64,000 nucleotides of DNA from Octopus bimaculoides (lineage: Eukaryota). Below the pieces are notes generated by a model, which did no database searches, was not told the origin of the DNA, and worked only from the letters and a program-made list of their open reading frames with translations. Location: NCBI RefSeq assembly GCF_001194135.2, contig NC_069000.1, positions 24,070,793 to 24,134,792 on the forward strand, given 5' to 3'. This document shows positions 26,607 through 38,962 of this stretch, in pieces (position 1 is the first letter of the stretch; the number at the start of each line of letters is the position of its first letter). The position numbers were made by a program, and so were the translations under genes.

Positions 26607-26826
26607 CCCTTTAGCATTCAAACCAGCCATATCAGGCCAAAATATTTTACCTGTTTTATGTTCAAACTGGCCAGATTTGGCCTTTGCCATCTACCCTATA
26701 ATGTCATTGTAAAAATAAACAATCACATCATTAAAACCTCAAAGCTACAAGATAATGCATAATTAATTGAAAACGATATGAATAAATAAGCATTACATTT
26801 GACAGAATAATCCGAATGCTAAAGGG
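26607..26826 (+). mobile_element. piggyBac-like MITE
   Basis: TTAA|CCCTTTAGCATTC ... GAATGCTAAAGGG 13-bp TIR. Confidence 0.75.
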
Positions 26827-27301
26827 TGGATTAATAATGATTTCTGTCTGTAAAACAAAGCAACAACTCTAGATGAGGTAGAAGGTATGTAGTCAATTTA
26901 ATCAGCACCAGAGTCACTTGCTAATTATATTTGACTCAGGAAGGATAAGCAAATTCAACCACAGTGGGATCTGAACATCTCAAAGGTTGAGCTACCAGTG
27001 ATCTTGGTGTATAAAGAAATAAACCTAGTACTAATAAAATTAACATTAAAATAAATAAATCTACATATAGCTATAACTCTTTGCAATAGTTACATCTAAC
27101 TTATACACAACTTCATGTAGATATATGTATCTATAAGATATAGTTACATTCCCCTTGAAATTGTAAGATTTCCAACAGGTTACAAACTGATTGCCTCTTT
27201 TGGGCTTGCTAGTTATAACAGTTATTATCCAGTGGTTATTAAACATTACTATAGATTCCAAAGTGTTAAACTGAATCTGAAGTAGGACATTTTCTTCTTA
27301 C

Positions 27302-27786
27302 CTATCATCAGAGGTAACTTTGTAGATGGTTTGGATCTCAGCCAGACGCTCCCGAGATGCTGGAAGAGCTCCACTAGCAATCAGATTTTTGTAAATGGCT
27401 CCTTTGTTCCTTCGTTTTGATTTACGTGTTGGTATATTATTGTCCCTCAATGGATATTCAAAGGATGACTGAAATTCCAAACCAGCAGATTTAGTCCAAT
27501 TAACATCAATACGAGCATCACCCTGATGATTTTTGTTGTCATCAGATTCATTACAGTCTTTGCAATGATGATGAGGACTTGTATTGTCAGTAGTACTAGG
27601 GGGGGGTGATTCCTTTACAATGTGTTGGGTTGAGTTGGTAGATGGTTCACAAGAGCATTGAGTGATATCTTTGTTTTTGAAGTCCCAGTTTTGACATAAC
27701 CTGAGTTCAGAGTTTTCAGTATCTGGTTGAAGGTTGATTTTAGATAACCAGGAAACTTTAGCGCTCTCTTGGCTCAATAGCATAGA
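27302..27786 (-). CDS. BBX: BBX homologue exon, 485 nt, phase 0/2 (SMLLSQESAK...RKSKRRNKGAIYKNLIASGALPASRERL...SDD)
   Basis: ttttatttctttttacAG acceptor, AG|GTAAGA donor; RRNKGAIYKNLIASG resembles BBX RSCKGALYKTLVSEG, and SMLL resembles BBX SMLLLAG. Confidence 0.92.
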
Positions 27787-30060
27787 CTGTAAAAAGAAAT
27801 AAAAATGATACACACTCAGATATATTAATAATAAAAGTTCCATTACCATAGCAGGGAATGCATGAATGGAGAGAAGTTCACAGTTGTTTGGTAATGCACA
27901 ACTCCAATAAAATCCTAAGATGAATTGAACCTTAAGAGTGGTATAAAAACATAATACTTTATTGTAATGTGGACCTAGTATAGTATGCACAATATCCATA
28001 AGAAAATGCAATTCTCAACTCATCAGGCCTACCAAACAATGACATGAATCAACAATTCGTTAACAAGAAACTTGAGAGTTACTTGAGAATAATTTTATGG
28101 ATGTTGTGCATACTACATTCCTGACTGTCCCATGTTTAAGTCATAATAAAGATTCTTAATGGAACAAATATAGCAGTACCTGATAGTCCATTTGTATTAT
28201 ACATATGTAAATATTGTACAAATGTTTATTCTTAATCACCATTGCATTGCTGCTTCATAACAAATTTGTGTGCTCATGCCCCCCCCCCCCCAGTTTTATT
28301 AACTATCTGTTCAAATGAAATTAAATTCTTTTCTTATTTTCGAGAACATCTTGTAGACCACATAATATATTTTTGTGTGTACATGCATAAGTGTGTGCAT
28401 ATGTGTATGCATGATTTTGTTGCCATGTAACATTGCAGTGATAGTTATTTGGTTTGCTTATTTTGATATTTTTTCCTTTTTAGTTTTTAATATCCTTATA
28501 TTCTTTTCTCTTAATATTTTATTGTTTATTAGAGAATATGTGTTGCAGTATTGTTTATAACTTGAGAAACACATTTTATATTTAGTAAATCCTCAATATA
28601 ATACTTTAGTCATTGCCATGCTGACTTCTGGATTTGACTCTTGACAAATCTTCTAAATTTCAAATTTCATGCAAAACCTCATGTAAATAAACCTCTCTTC
28701 GTAAATAATACACTATTCTGTATTCTAACACATCTAATTTTAGTGGAAGATAAATATTATCTTTTGGTATTAATACTGCTTCTGTCACTATCAATTATTT
28801 TTTAATGAGTCCACTGACTATTTGCAACACCAGTGCCTGAATAGACACCAAGATTTTATATATCACTGATGGGAGAACTGGCTGCAGTGTCTGGTAAGAC
28901 GTTTGCCATTGAAAAGCCCAAGGAAGGGTGAAAACATGTGATCTGGCAGTTCTGGCTGCTGCACCAGACGTTATCACCCATCTGCAATATAAACACAAGT
29001 GCTTTTAAGTACCACAAGTCCATATGAGAGGTTCTGTCATGGTAAATAATGTAGTATTCTGTGTTCTAACACAATATCCACTTTGAGCGGAAGATAAATA
29101 TTACCTTTTAATAAATAAGTGTATAAAATATATTAATGATCTTTAGGTGAAAATTGGAAAGGGGGATTATATTGAGACTTAAGTAAGTACTTTTAGTTTT
29201 TGTCATTTTGATTTTTAGATGATACCACAAAATTTCAAACTTTCTCTGTTAATTCCCTGACAAGGTTTGAAATGAATATAGGGTTCATCAGGATATAAAA
29301 CTTCTCGATAACATTCAATCAGTCCGCAACTGCAGGGTAATTCCCTCTGCATGGGTAAAATATAATAATCCAAAGATTCATTTGCTTGCAATCAACTCTC
29401 AAGACCCACTCTCTATTTTTGGTTGTAGTTAATAGTCAGGAGAATGGTGAGTTCTGTAAGGATGACTTAAGACTTAACTCTTGACATCAACATGTCTCAG
29501 ACAACCCCTGGTCCTATGATACAAAACTACCATAGTTAAATTAAAACATTCCATTTAATTTATCTGGATTTTAACTGAAAAAACTGGGGTGCAACTTATG
29601 AAATGAAAAACAATTTTCCCTAGATTTAGCACTAAATAAATATGGTGTATAAAAACATTTTGCTTAAGTATATTCCAAATGTCAGTTTAATACACCAATT
29701 CATGAAAAAGTTTGATATTTTACAAAATCTTTTCAAATTTTCAAGATAAACTACAACTTACAACTATCTTTGGTGTGACCCAGTGAAGGGCTAAAAAACA
29801 TCACAGTGATAAACTCTTCAGTAGTACTTTTACAGTCAACTAAATTAACTAGAATGTGAAGGACTCCCTTCACATTCTAGTAATTCTCATGTAAAGAGCC
29901 ATAATTTTGCTCCTCATCAGTGAAGAGATATCAGAGTTCAATGTTGTTTTTCTCATTTTTTTAAAAATATATCTTTCTAAAATTCCTGGTAACAATCAGA
30001 AAGACCAAGGAAAATTATGGAAGCTAGAGCTTAATGATCAGAAATGACACAGGCACTCAC

Positions 30061-30111
30061 CATATCAGGGGAATCAGCAGAGATTTCTGGAAGCTCCTTC
30101 TTGATATTGGT
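30061..30111 (-). CDS. BBX: Candidate BBX exon, 51 nt, phase 0/0 (TNIKKELPEISADSPDM)
   Basis: catttatcacAG acceptor, ATG|GTGAGT donor; ADSPDM precedes SMLL as ADPTQM does in BBX. Confidence 0.6.
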
Positions 30112-30394
30112 CTGTGATAAATGATTGCATGTTGATTCAGTTGCATTCTGTTCAATAGCCATCATTAACAAATTCATATTGTTGCTGTTGGTAGTGCAGG
30201 GTCTATAGCAGGCTAAGCAGTCTGGAACAGACGTAGTAAATTTGAATGAGAGAATATATTATAATGCACAGAATTGAGTGATAAATAAAAATTGAATGTA
30301 AGACATGATATATACAATATAACATAATAAATATATACACATTTACACAAATCTGTGTGTGTGTGTTTGTGTGTGTGTGCGTGTGCGTGTGTGT

Positions 30395-30775
30395 AGGAGC
30401 AGGCATGGGCTCGCATTTAAGAAGTTTGCTTCCCAACCACGATTTCAGATTCAGTCCCATGGTGTGGTACTTAGACAAGTGTCTTTTACTATAGACCTCG
30501 GTCAACCAAGCCTTGACAGTGGATTTGGTAGACAGAAACTGAACGATGCCTAAGCTTCTTATACATATGTCTGTGTGCAGGTCTGCCCCACCCACTTGAC
30601 AACTGATGTTGGTGTATTCACGCCCCTGCTCAGTAACTTAGCAGTTTGGCAAAAGATATTGATAGAATAAGTACAAGGCTTAGAAAAATAAGTACTGCAG
30701 TCGATTTGATTGACTAGGATTCTTCAAGGCAGTGCCACAACATCACTACAGTCTAACGACTGAAACATGTAAATG
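30395..30775 (+). mobile_element. Family A SINE, near full length
   Basis: Head, (TG) spacer and tail ending GACTGAAACATGTAAA. Confidence 0.85.
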
Positions 30776-30844
30776 ACAAAAGTTATATAGGTATGTATGT
30801 ATATGTGTGTTTGTGTATGTATATACAAACTCAAACACACAAAT

Positions 30845-31495
30845 CATCATCAGTTAACGTCCACTCTCCATGCTGGCATGGGTTAGACAGTTTGACTGGA
30901 GCTGATGATCTAGAGAACTGCACCAAGTTCCAGTCTGATTTAGCATGGTTTCTCCAGCTGGATGCCCTTCGTAATGCCAACCACTCCAGGAGTGTAATGG
31001 GTGCTTTTATGCACCACCAGCATGGGTGCCATTTACATGACACTGGTAATGACCATGACAATGATTCATGGGTGGGTGCCATTTATATGGCACTGGCAAC
31101 AACCATGACCGCAATGCACAGGTGCCATTTACATGACACCAGCATGGTCACAACTACGATTTTACTTAGCCTGATGAGTCTTCCCATGCACAGCATATCA
31201 CCAGAGCTCTTGGTCACTTGTCATCACTTCTGTGAGGCTCAACATTCGTAGATCATGTTTCACCATCTTGTTCCATGTCTTCCTGGGTCTACCTCTTCTA
31301 CAGGTTCCCTCCAGTTAGAGATCAGCACTTCTTTACACAGCTGTCCTCGTCCATACACATCACACGACCATACCAACACAGTGGTCTCTCTTACACACCA
31401 GATCTGATGCCTCTTATGCCCAGTTTTTCTCTCAAGACTCTTACACTCTGTCATACATGCACACTGACATGGCACATCATTCAAAAGCTAAAATG
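30845..31495 (-). mobile_element. RTE LINE 3' end (ORF2 C-terminus plus tail)
   Basis: Frameshifted LVWSC..EDSCVKKC..GTCRRGRPRKTW motif; CATCATC..TTAACGTC..CCATGCTGGCATGGG tail. Confidence 0.8.
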
Positions 31496-32012
31496 AAACA
31501 CACTGTGACCAGTAATAGTCTGCTTCATCATTCAATATGTGTGTGTGTAGACACACGCACATACATATATGTAGGCACAGGACAGCTGAGAAGTTCACTT
31601 TGCAACCATGATGTCCCAGGTTCAATTCCACTGAATGGTATCTTGGACAGAAGTCATACTATCATGCTCATTCTGCTTAAGAATAGCATTAACGGTAATG
31701 TGTGTCAGTGGAATAACTTATATATATCATTTCAATTGACTGACCAAATGAATCCTCATCACTGAATAAGAGACAGAGATCTATGAACACCATACACATA
31801 CATAAGACAGGCTTCTGTACAATTTCTATCTATCAATTTCACTTATAAGCCTGAAGCTATAGTCAAAGATTGCCAAATAGTGGGACAGAACATGAAACAA
31901 CATGAAAACAAAGCAAACTATGTCCATATACTCTTGTTAGTGATTCTCTCTCTCACTCTCTCCCACATACATATGTGTGAGTGAGACAGAATGAAAGACA
32001 AAGATACCACAT

Positions 32013-32069
<57 letters not shown>

Positions 32070-32178
32070 NNNNNNNNNNNNNNNNNNNNNNNNNNNNNNN
32101 NNNNNNNNNNNNNNNNNNNNNNNNNNNNNNNNNNNNNNNNNNNNNNNNNNNNNNNNNNNNAAGACAAAGATACCACAT

Positions 32179-32236
<58 letters not shown>

Positions 32237-32324
32237 AATGTAATATACATATAAAGTAAAATAAACATATGTCAATAAATAAATACTACCTGTGATAAAT
32301 TTTACACAGAACAGATAAATACTG

Positions 32325-32990
32325 ATTTCAAATTTTGGCACAAGGCCAGCAATTTTAGGAGGGGGTAAGTTGATTACATCGACCCCAGTGTTCAACTAGT
32401 ACTTATTTATTGACCCTGAAAAGATGAAGACAAAGTTGACCATGGAAGAATTTGAACTCAAAATGTGAAGACAAGTAAAATACTGTTAAGTATTTTGCCT
32501 GGCATGCTAATGATTCTTATTTTCTTACTGCCCACAAGGGGCTACACACAGAGGGGACAAACAAAGACAGAAAATGGATTAAGTTGATTATATCGACCCC
32601 AGGGGATAACTGGTACTTATTTAATTGACTCTGAAAGGAAGAAAGGCAAAGTTGACCTTGGTAGAATTTGAACTCAGAATGTAGCGGCAGACAAAATACC
32701 GCTAAGCATTTCGCCCAGCGTGCTAATGATTCTGCCAGCCTGCCACCTTAGCACAGATAAATATTGATTTCGGTATTCAGTAGAAGACCACAAATTTGTA
32801 TATGAGAAGGGATTGGTTTATTGATTTGACCTTGTGGTATGATTAGTATTTATTTTACTGACCTCTTAGATGAGGAAAGGTGAATATCAACTTCAGCAGG
32901 ATTTGAACTCAGAAGTGAGGGACTATAATTAAAAAGCCACAACCCACTTCGCCAGCAATCTGTCATTTCTACTATTCCACAAGCTTTAGA
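32325..32990 (-). mobile_element. Three consecutive family B SINE copies
   Basis: Copies at about 32325-32510, 32520-32750 and 32760-32990, same orientation. Confidence 0.75.
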
Positions 32991-33194
32991 TAAATAAGGG
33001 AGCCTCTAAGTGGTTATTCAAACTGCTGAAAATCCTGCTCCCCCCATGCAAAATGCGCAGTACCCAAAACTTACAAGAGTGTGATAGGATAATTAAGATG
33101 AGATTATTTATAGGCAACTCAACAGCAACACGTATCTTAGCATACATTCCCACAGGCAAGACTGCCAGGAGAACTGCTTCTAGGAGATTCTTCT

Positions 33195-33290
33195 GCAGAC
33201 TCTTCAACAATGACTTACAGTGACATCAAGGGCCATGTTGGCCAACATGATGATGGCTTCTGTGACATACATGGAGGTATGATCCTTGAA
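33195..33290 (+). mobile_element. RTE APE-endonuclease remnant
   Basis: SDIKGHVGQHDDGFCDIHGG resembles GDFNGHVG..DGF..VHGG. Confidence 0.55.
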
Positions 33291-33354
33291 ATTATCTCCC
33301 CTCCTCATATGGTGCTGCTCTTAATTGTAATACATCCTCTAAAAGCAGAAGAGA

Positions 33355-34450
33355 TGATGATTATGATGATTATCATTTAAAGTCTGCTTTCCATACTGGG
33401 TATGCAAGGAGTCTTTTAAGTGTCACCAGTATGAGAGCCTTTACATATCACTGGCACAAGTGTCCTTTACATGTCACTCACATAGGTGCTCTTTATATGT
33501 CACTGATACAAGTGCCCTTTACGTAACATCGGCACAGGTGCCCTTTACGTAACATCGGCACAGGTGCCCTTTACGTAACATCGGCACAGGTGCCCTTTAC
33601 GTAACATCGGCACAGGTGCCCTTTACATATCATCATCACAGGTGCCTTTTATGTATCACTGGCATGGGAGCTTTTTACATGTCACTGAACTAGTCACAAC
33701 CACGATTTCATTAGCTTGGACATGTCTTCTCAAGCACAGCAAATTGCCAGAAATTTCAGTCACTTGTCATTTCTTCTGTAAGACTCAACATCTGAAGACC
33801 ATAATTCATCACCTCCATTCCATGCTTTTCTGGGTCAACCTCTTCCACAGGTTCCCTCTACAATTAGAGATAAGCTCTTCTTTATGCAGGTATCCTCATC
33901 CATATGCATCACATGACCATACCAGTGCAGTCTTCTCTCTTGTACACTACATCTGATGCCTCTTATACCCAATCTTTGTATTAAGACACATCGACACTGC
34001 ACATCCAGCCAAGCATATTAGCTTCATTTCTTTTAAATCTTCACATGTCTTCTGCAGTCACAGCCTATGTTTCATACAATCTGCTTTTCACTTTGAGGGA
34101 GAGGCTTTTGAAACCAACAAAAATAGCAGCTCTGAACTTTGCCCAGCCTATTCTTATTCCAGCAGCTACACTCTCAGAGCATCATCCTCCACTGCTGACT
34201 CGGTCACCAAGGTAACGGAAGCTATCTAATACTTCTAAGTATTCCCCCTGGCATTTGATAAAGTCTATTTTCTGTACATTCCTAGTCTTTATTGTACCTG
34301 CACATCTGCCATACACAAAGACTACTTTCTCTGTTAACCTTCCTCTGATACTGCTGCAACCTCTTATGTGTCCATAGCTTGCACCAGCTACACCTTATGG
34401 AGTTTCTACCTACACCTCTACATATTGAGCAGGCCATCTCCCTGAAGTAA
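33355..34450 (-). mobile_element. RTE LINE 3' portion containing a 26-bp minisatellite
   Basis: Homologous to 31230-31495 and 62400-62745. Confidence 0.8.
33512..33627. repeat. 26-bp minisatellite GTGCCCTTTACGTAACATCGGCACAG, 4 perfect copies plus degenerate flanking units
   Basis: Direct reading. Confidence 0.95.
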
Positions 34451-34523
34451 CTTGTCTGTTTTCATAGTTGCTAGGACTTTAGTCCAAGAATTTATGCTGA
34501 ATGGTATTTGATATACCTGTCTT

Positions 34524-34608
<85 letters not shown>

Positions 34609-34609
34609 G

Positions 34610-34800
34610 GAATTTTCAAAAATACAAAAGACGAAGACAGGTGTATAAAAACAACAAACAGGTGTATTAGTTTAATGCTCGGGAAGGTAAGAAAGTCTTT
34701 TACATTTCGAGCCTATGCTCTTCCACAGAAAGGAACAAAAGAAAATAAACAGAGAGAGAATAAAAAAAAGCTTTAGTGGCTAGTGGTCAATCATGGCGAT
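34610..34800 (-). mobile_element. Probable PLE pLTR fragment with hammerhead-like motif (34697-34732)
   Basis: Minus strand CTTT-CTGTGGA-A-GAGC atag GCTC-GAAATGTA-AAAG. Confidence 0.45.
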
Positions 34801-35551
34801 GGCTGGATGGAGGTGGTCAGACAGGAGATATAGGAAGAAGGGGAGATAATAGTGGTGATCCCAAAATGAAGGTGCATGTGTATGTGAGAGTGTGTGTGCA
34901 TGTGTGTAATTGGGGCTGGTGACCTTGACGTGTGGGTGTGTGCATGTGTAGGTGTGTGGATGATGGGTGCTGGGAAGTGGTCAGTACTAGTGTGTGCAGG
35001 GTGGTGTGATGTGGTGTGAAGTGGTTTGGTGTGGTGTGGCATGGTGTGGGTGCTGGGAAGTGGTCATATGTATAAAAGATGGAGGTGGAAATAGCATAGA
35101 CATTTCAATTTGAGAGGGAATTTAATAAAAATGATTTTAAAAATTATTTAAAGAAAATATTACTGGTTTCATCAGCAAAAAATTTTTAAATTTGAAATAA
35201 AAGCAGTTTATCTTCTGTCTGGGGGTCAAACAGATGTGTATGTATATGAGAAAAAGGAGGGGCAATGCTTAAGGCAAAGAATTAGACAGTTGCTTTTAAT
35301 TCACCACACCTCACAAATAACATACCAACAAGCCAAAAAGAAAGCCCTTTACATAGTTACTTAATCTGCTATATATATAGCAAGTAGTACACTCTCTAAT
35401 CACAGCCAAAAGAGAAATTGGGTGCACACTGCTGAGATAATTTGGTCAGTCAGGGCTGACCTGAAGCTAAACATCAACAGCACACTGAAGGTTAATCGTC
35501 TCAAGTTTTCAATGAAGATTAGACTTTTAATAAACTTTCCTATTACTTTAA

Positions 35552-35553
<2 letters not shown>

Positions 35554-35618
<65 letters not shown>
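35554..35618. repeat. (TG)n microsatellite
   Basis: Direct reading. Confidence 0.98.
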
Positions 35619-35620
<2 letters not shown>

Positions 35621-35897
35621 ACAGATAACATAAAATTGTAGGCAGACAGTTGTCAGTTATACTGCTGGACTTTTAGACTTTTACCATATTGCCTTATTAT
35701 ATTGTCAAGTAACCTTTGACTGGCTCAGGGCATGTAACATTGACCTATGTCAAGTACCAAGACTGCTAAATCTTGACTTAAACTCCACACAGGTGTTTTT
35801 CAAGAATTATTTCAACACTTTTTAGTTTAATGTTGATAGTGCTGTGAAAGCAAAGCTTCCCTTCCCCCACCAACAACAACAACACTGTCATCATCAT

Positions 35898-35946
<49 letters not shown>
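35898..35946. repeat. (TAC)n microsatellite
   Basis: Direct reading. Confidence 0.98.
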
Positions 35947-36226
35947 GAAGTATTTTAAATGTAAATCTTTTGAACAAAAATGATCATTCAGAATACAGCC
36001 CTGCTTCCAGTAATCTGGAATGGTAACAATTACAGAATTTCTATTTTCTGTATATCTTATACATACACCATACATACCAAAATAAACTTATGGTAATGGA
36101 AAACAAAAAAACTCAATACTGATGCTAGAGTAATATAAACATTTTACAAATCCGTAAAGCAGAAAAAACATGATTACAACAAGTACCATAGCTATTCTCA
36201 ACATGCTTTTAGTGCTGTTGTAGGTA

Positions 36227-36271
36227 TCTATCTATCTATCTCTCTCTCTCTATATATATATATAAAACTCA

Positions 36272-36310
<39 letters not shown>

Positions 36311-37200
36311 CCTGCATAACTTCTGAAGTTTGCAACTGATTTCCTTCAAACTGGAACATGCATTACTTATGTTCCAGAGATGGTTTTTAGACTCTTAAAA
36401 GTTTTCACATAATGAGTAATGGGACCTCTGAGGCCAGAAAACCCCCTTTCCTTGGGTAAGTATGGCTACTATGGAGAAGGGAGGTAACTCTTTACGAAGT
36501 AACTTTTCTTAAAATTTGCTAAGATATTGATATTATTTAGCTTTTTTTTTACTGACATTTCATTATTAACATACAATTAACATCTTAGTTTATTATGTCA
36601 TATTGCTTGACATAATGTCTCCAAAGAAGAGGTCCTCCATTGGTCAAAAAATGGCGGTAGCAGAGAAATTGAAAAGAAGGAGAGCAAATGAATCGTTACA
36701 CGAAACTTCAATTAGACAATCACAAAATGCTGCATGTACAGCTACTACAATAGCAATGGAAAGCGATGAGCAGCGTAGTATTCACCTGGCTGGGAATGCT
36801 GCATTAACATCTTTAGCTAATCACCACCCTTACCATGTCATTTCTTTCATGTGGTGCTGTTGAGTGTGCTCACAGGCTTAATTTATCACATAGATGTAGT
36901 TCCTATGTCTGCTGATTGTTCAGTGTGGTAGCAGCAGTGCCAACAAGTGCAAAGGAGAGTATTTCCACCAAGAGTTTTTTGGTGCGTTCAAAAATCACAT
37001 ACCCCCTATCCACTTTTCCAAGACAAGGTTAGGGCCTGGAATCTTCCAAACAGATGCATGACATGTCAGTCAAATTAGCCCTTCATTTACTCCACAAAGG
37101 TTTTGTTGTCAATGCTGCACTTCCCCATATCACGTTTCAACTTAACATATATACAAACTATGCCATTTAAATCCCGAGCAATGTTGGGTATGTCTGCTAG
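36227..37200 (+). mobile_element. Non-autonomous Helitron (about 975 bp)
   Basis: A|TC 5' end with TCTATATATATAAAA+(TG)n, 3' hairpin CCCGAGCAATGTTGGG (37173-37188), then CTAG|T; internal ORF MSPKKRSS..RRRANESLHETSIRQSQNA resembles Helitron N-terminal repeats; 5' end could be 36249. Confidence 0.8.
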
Positions 37201-38594
37201 TACTGACTACAAAAATTAGGACATCTTAGCATTTTTTAGTGTGGTGACAGTTTAAGTAAAATTGAATTTGTTCTTCAGTGTATAGTTTAGCTTCAGTAGA
37301 TGCATGCTTAAGTAGACACTAAATCAAATAGAAGTTTTGTTGCAAAGATTTCATCATCATCCCTTTTTTTTTAAAGACATTTTATCAAGTGCTTTTGGTC
37401 TTCTCCACAATATATTTTGGAGTAAATCAAAGTTTTATGATCAATTGAAATAAGATTTATTTTATCATTTGATTACAATTAATAAAGTAATTTAGTTACT
37501 TTGTTTTATAAATTGTTTCAATAATTACTGCTGTAAAGTTATAGTTGGTGCAATTATTTGCAGTCCAAATGTTTCATTTGGCTTGAAATTGAGAATTTGA
37601 GAAATTTAATAAAATAACCAACTTTTTCATTATTAAGCAGATGCTTAGAACCTAACTAAAAATGTCCTTACATAAAATAATATGGAGGTTTTAAAATAAG
37701 TCCTGAAGAGCTAGTGATTTAGTCTCAGGTGGATTTGCATCTAAAGGATTAAAGGATTGTGCTTTTAATGTTCTGTTCCAAAGCTTACTGGATATCTACT
37801 GTAATGTCTACACACACACACAATATTATTAATAACGAACCAAAACAAAAAGTACCAAGAAGAGCAGGTAGATGTCAGTCAAAACAAAGCTGGGTGAATA
37901 ACTGATGGTAAAATATGTATGCCACCAACATGAAAACTGAAGGCCCTAGGATAATCTAACTTGAAAAAAAATTCTTATCACACAAATGTATTGGGCATTT
38001 AACAGTCTATTGAGTGTTTTAGGTCCCATAGAAAATTTATCAACTTAGCAGAGATCTACTTCCAGGACATATAAATCCCTTCGTCCCAAAGGTTATGTTA
38101 CTCGTTTTTGACAGCTGGATCAACTGAGGCAAAGTAGAAATAAGTATTCTGTCCAGATAAACAATAGCACAACTGCAGTGGATTTGAACTCAAAAACTAG
38201 GAGCAGATAGTTCAACTTGCTCCTCATTCTTCAGTTTTTTATTATGATTTACATATTTCTATTTTTAAATGTGCGACTTAGATGCTATATATGAAGAGCA
38301 TCTCCTTTGTGTTGTTGAAGAATGCATATGATTCATTAAACATGGGCAAACAAGCAAGTGAAAAAGTATCTCTTCTTTTAAATCATGCCCCAATATCTTT
38401 AAAAAAAAATATTGGATAAAGTAGTCTGAGAAAAACTGCTTGAATAGATGGAAAGGTCACAACAATAATACCGTTATAGTCATAGATGTTGGTCAGGGTT
38501 AACCTGGCACTAAATGAAACGTCATTGCTGTACTCTACAGTACAATAAATGTATTGGGATTTTTAGCTAACACTGTGTGTTATAATCTTTTCTA

Positions 38595-38796
38595 CTCTAG
38601 GCACAAGGCCCAAAATTTTAGGGGAGGGGCCAGTCAATTACATCGACTCCAGTACAAACTGGTACTTAATTTATCGACCCCGAAAGGATGAAAGGCAAAG
38701 TCGACCTCGGTGGAATTTGAACTCAGAACATAAAGGCAGATGAAATACTGCTAAGCATTTCACTCGGCATGCTAACGTTTCTGCCAGCTCATTGCC
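38595..38796 (-). mobile_element. Family B SINE (left arm of inverted pair)
   Basis: Well-preserved copy that retains CpGs. Confidence 0.88.
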
Positions 38797-38879
38797 TTTA
38801 CTGTGTGTTATAATGAATGTAAACAATTTGTCTGTACAATATGAATGCAGGCAAAAAAAAAGGAAACAGCAGTATGTAC

Positions 38880-38911
38880 ATTTTGATTTTTTTCTGAGTC
38901 TTCATCAGCAG
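38880..38911 (-). CDS. BBX: Candidate BBX micro-exon, 32 nt, phase 1/0 ((A)ADEDSEKNQN)
   Basis: tgtgtttgtggatAG acceptor, weak AAT|GTACAT donor; the only phase 1/0 candidate I found that bridges 41038 to 30111; the true exon may be in the N-gap. Confidence 0.3.
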
Positions 38912-38962
38912 CTATCCACAAACACATAGCATATAAACCCATTAATATTAGAAAGTATATAA

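Noticed and set aside
28795-28981. Strong minus-strand acceptor followed by MGDNVWCSSQ.. or WVITSGAAAR..
   Set aside because: No good donor before the stop in any frame and no BBX similarity; flanked by two copies of a ~45-bp dispersed repeat
31995-32232. Direct duplication AAGACAAAGATACCACATACAC..(TA)n
   Set aside because: The copies sit on either side of an N-gap, so this is almost certainly an unmerged contig overlap
33219-33338. Apparent minus-strand BBX exon with strong acceptor and ACT|GTAAGT donor (..EAIIMLANMALDVT)
   Set aside because: The 120-nt version has stops in all three frames, and the plus strand reads as an RTE APE endonuclease motif (DIKGHVG..HGG). Treated as antisense LINE sequence, although exonisation of a shorter form is not excluded.
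33512-33627. CRISPR-like regular repeats
   Set aside because: Head-to-tail units with no unique spacers, no cas genes, eukaryotic context
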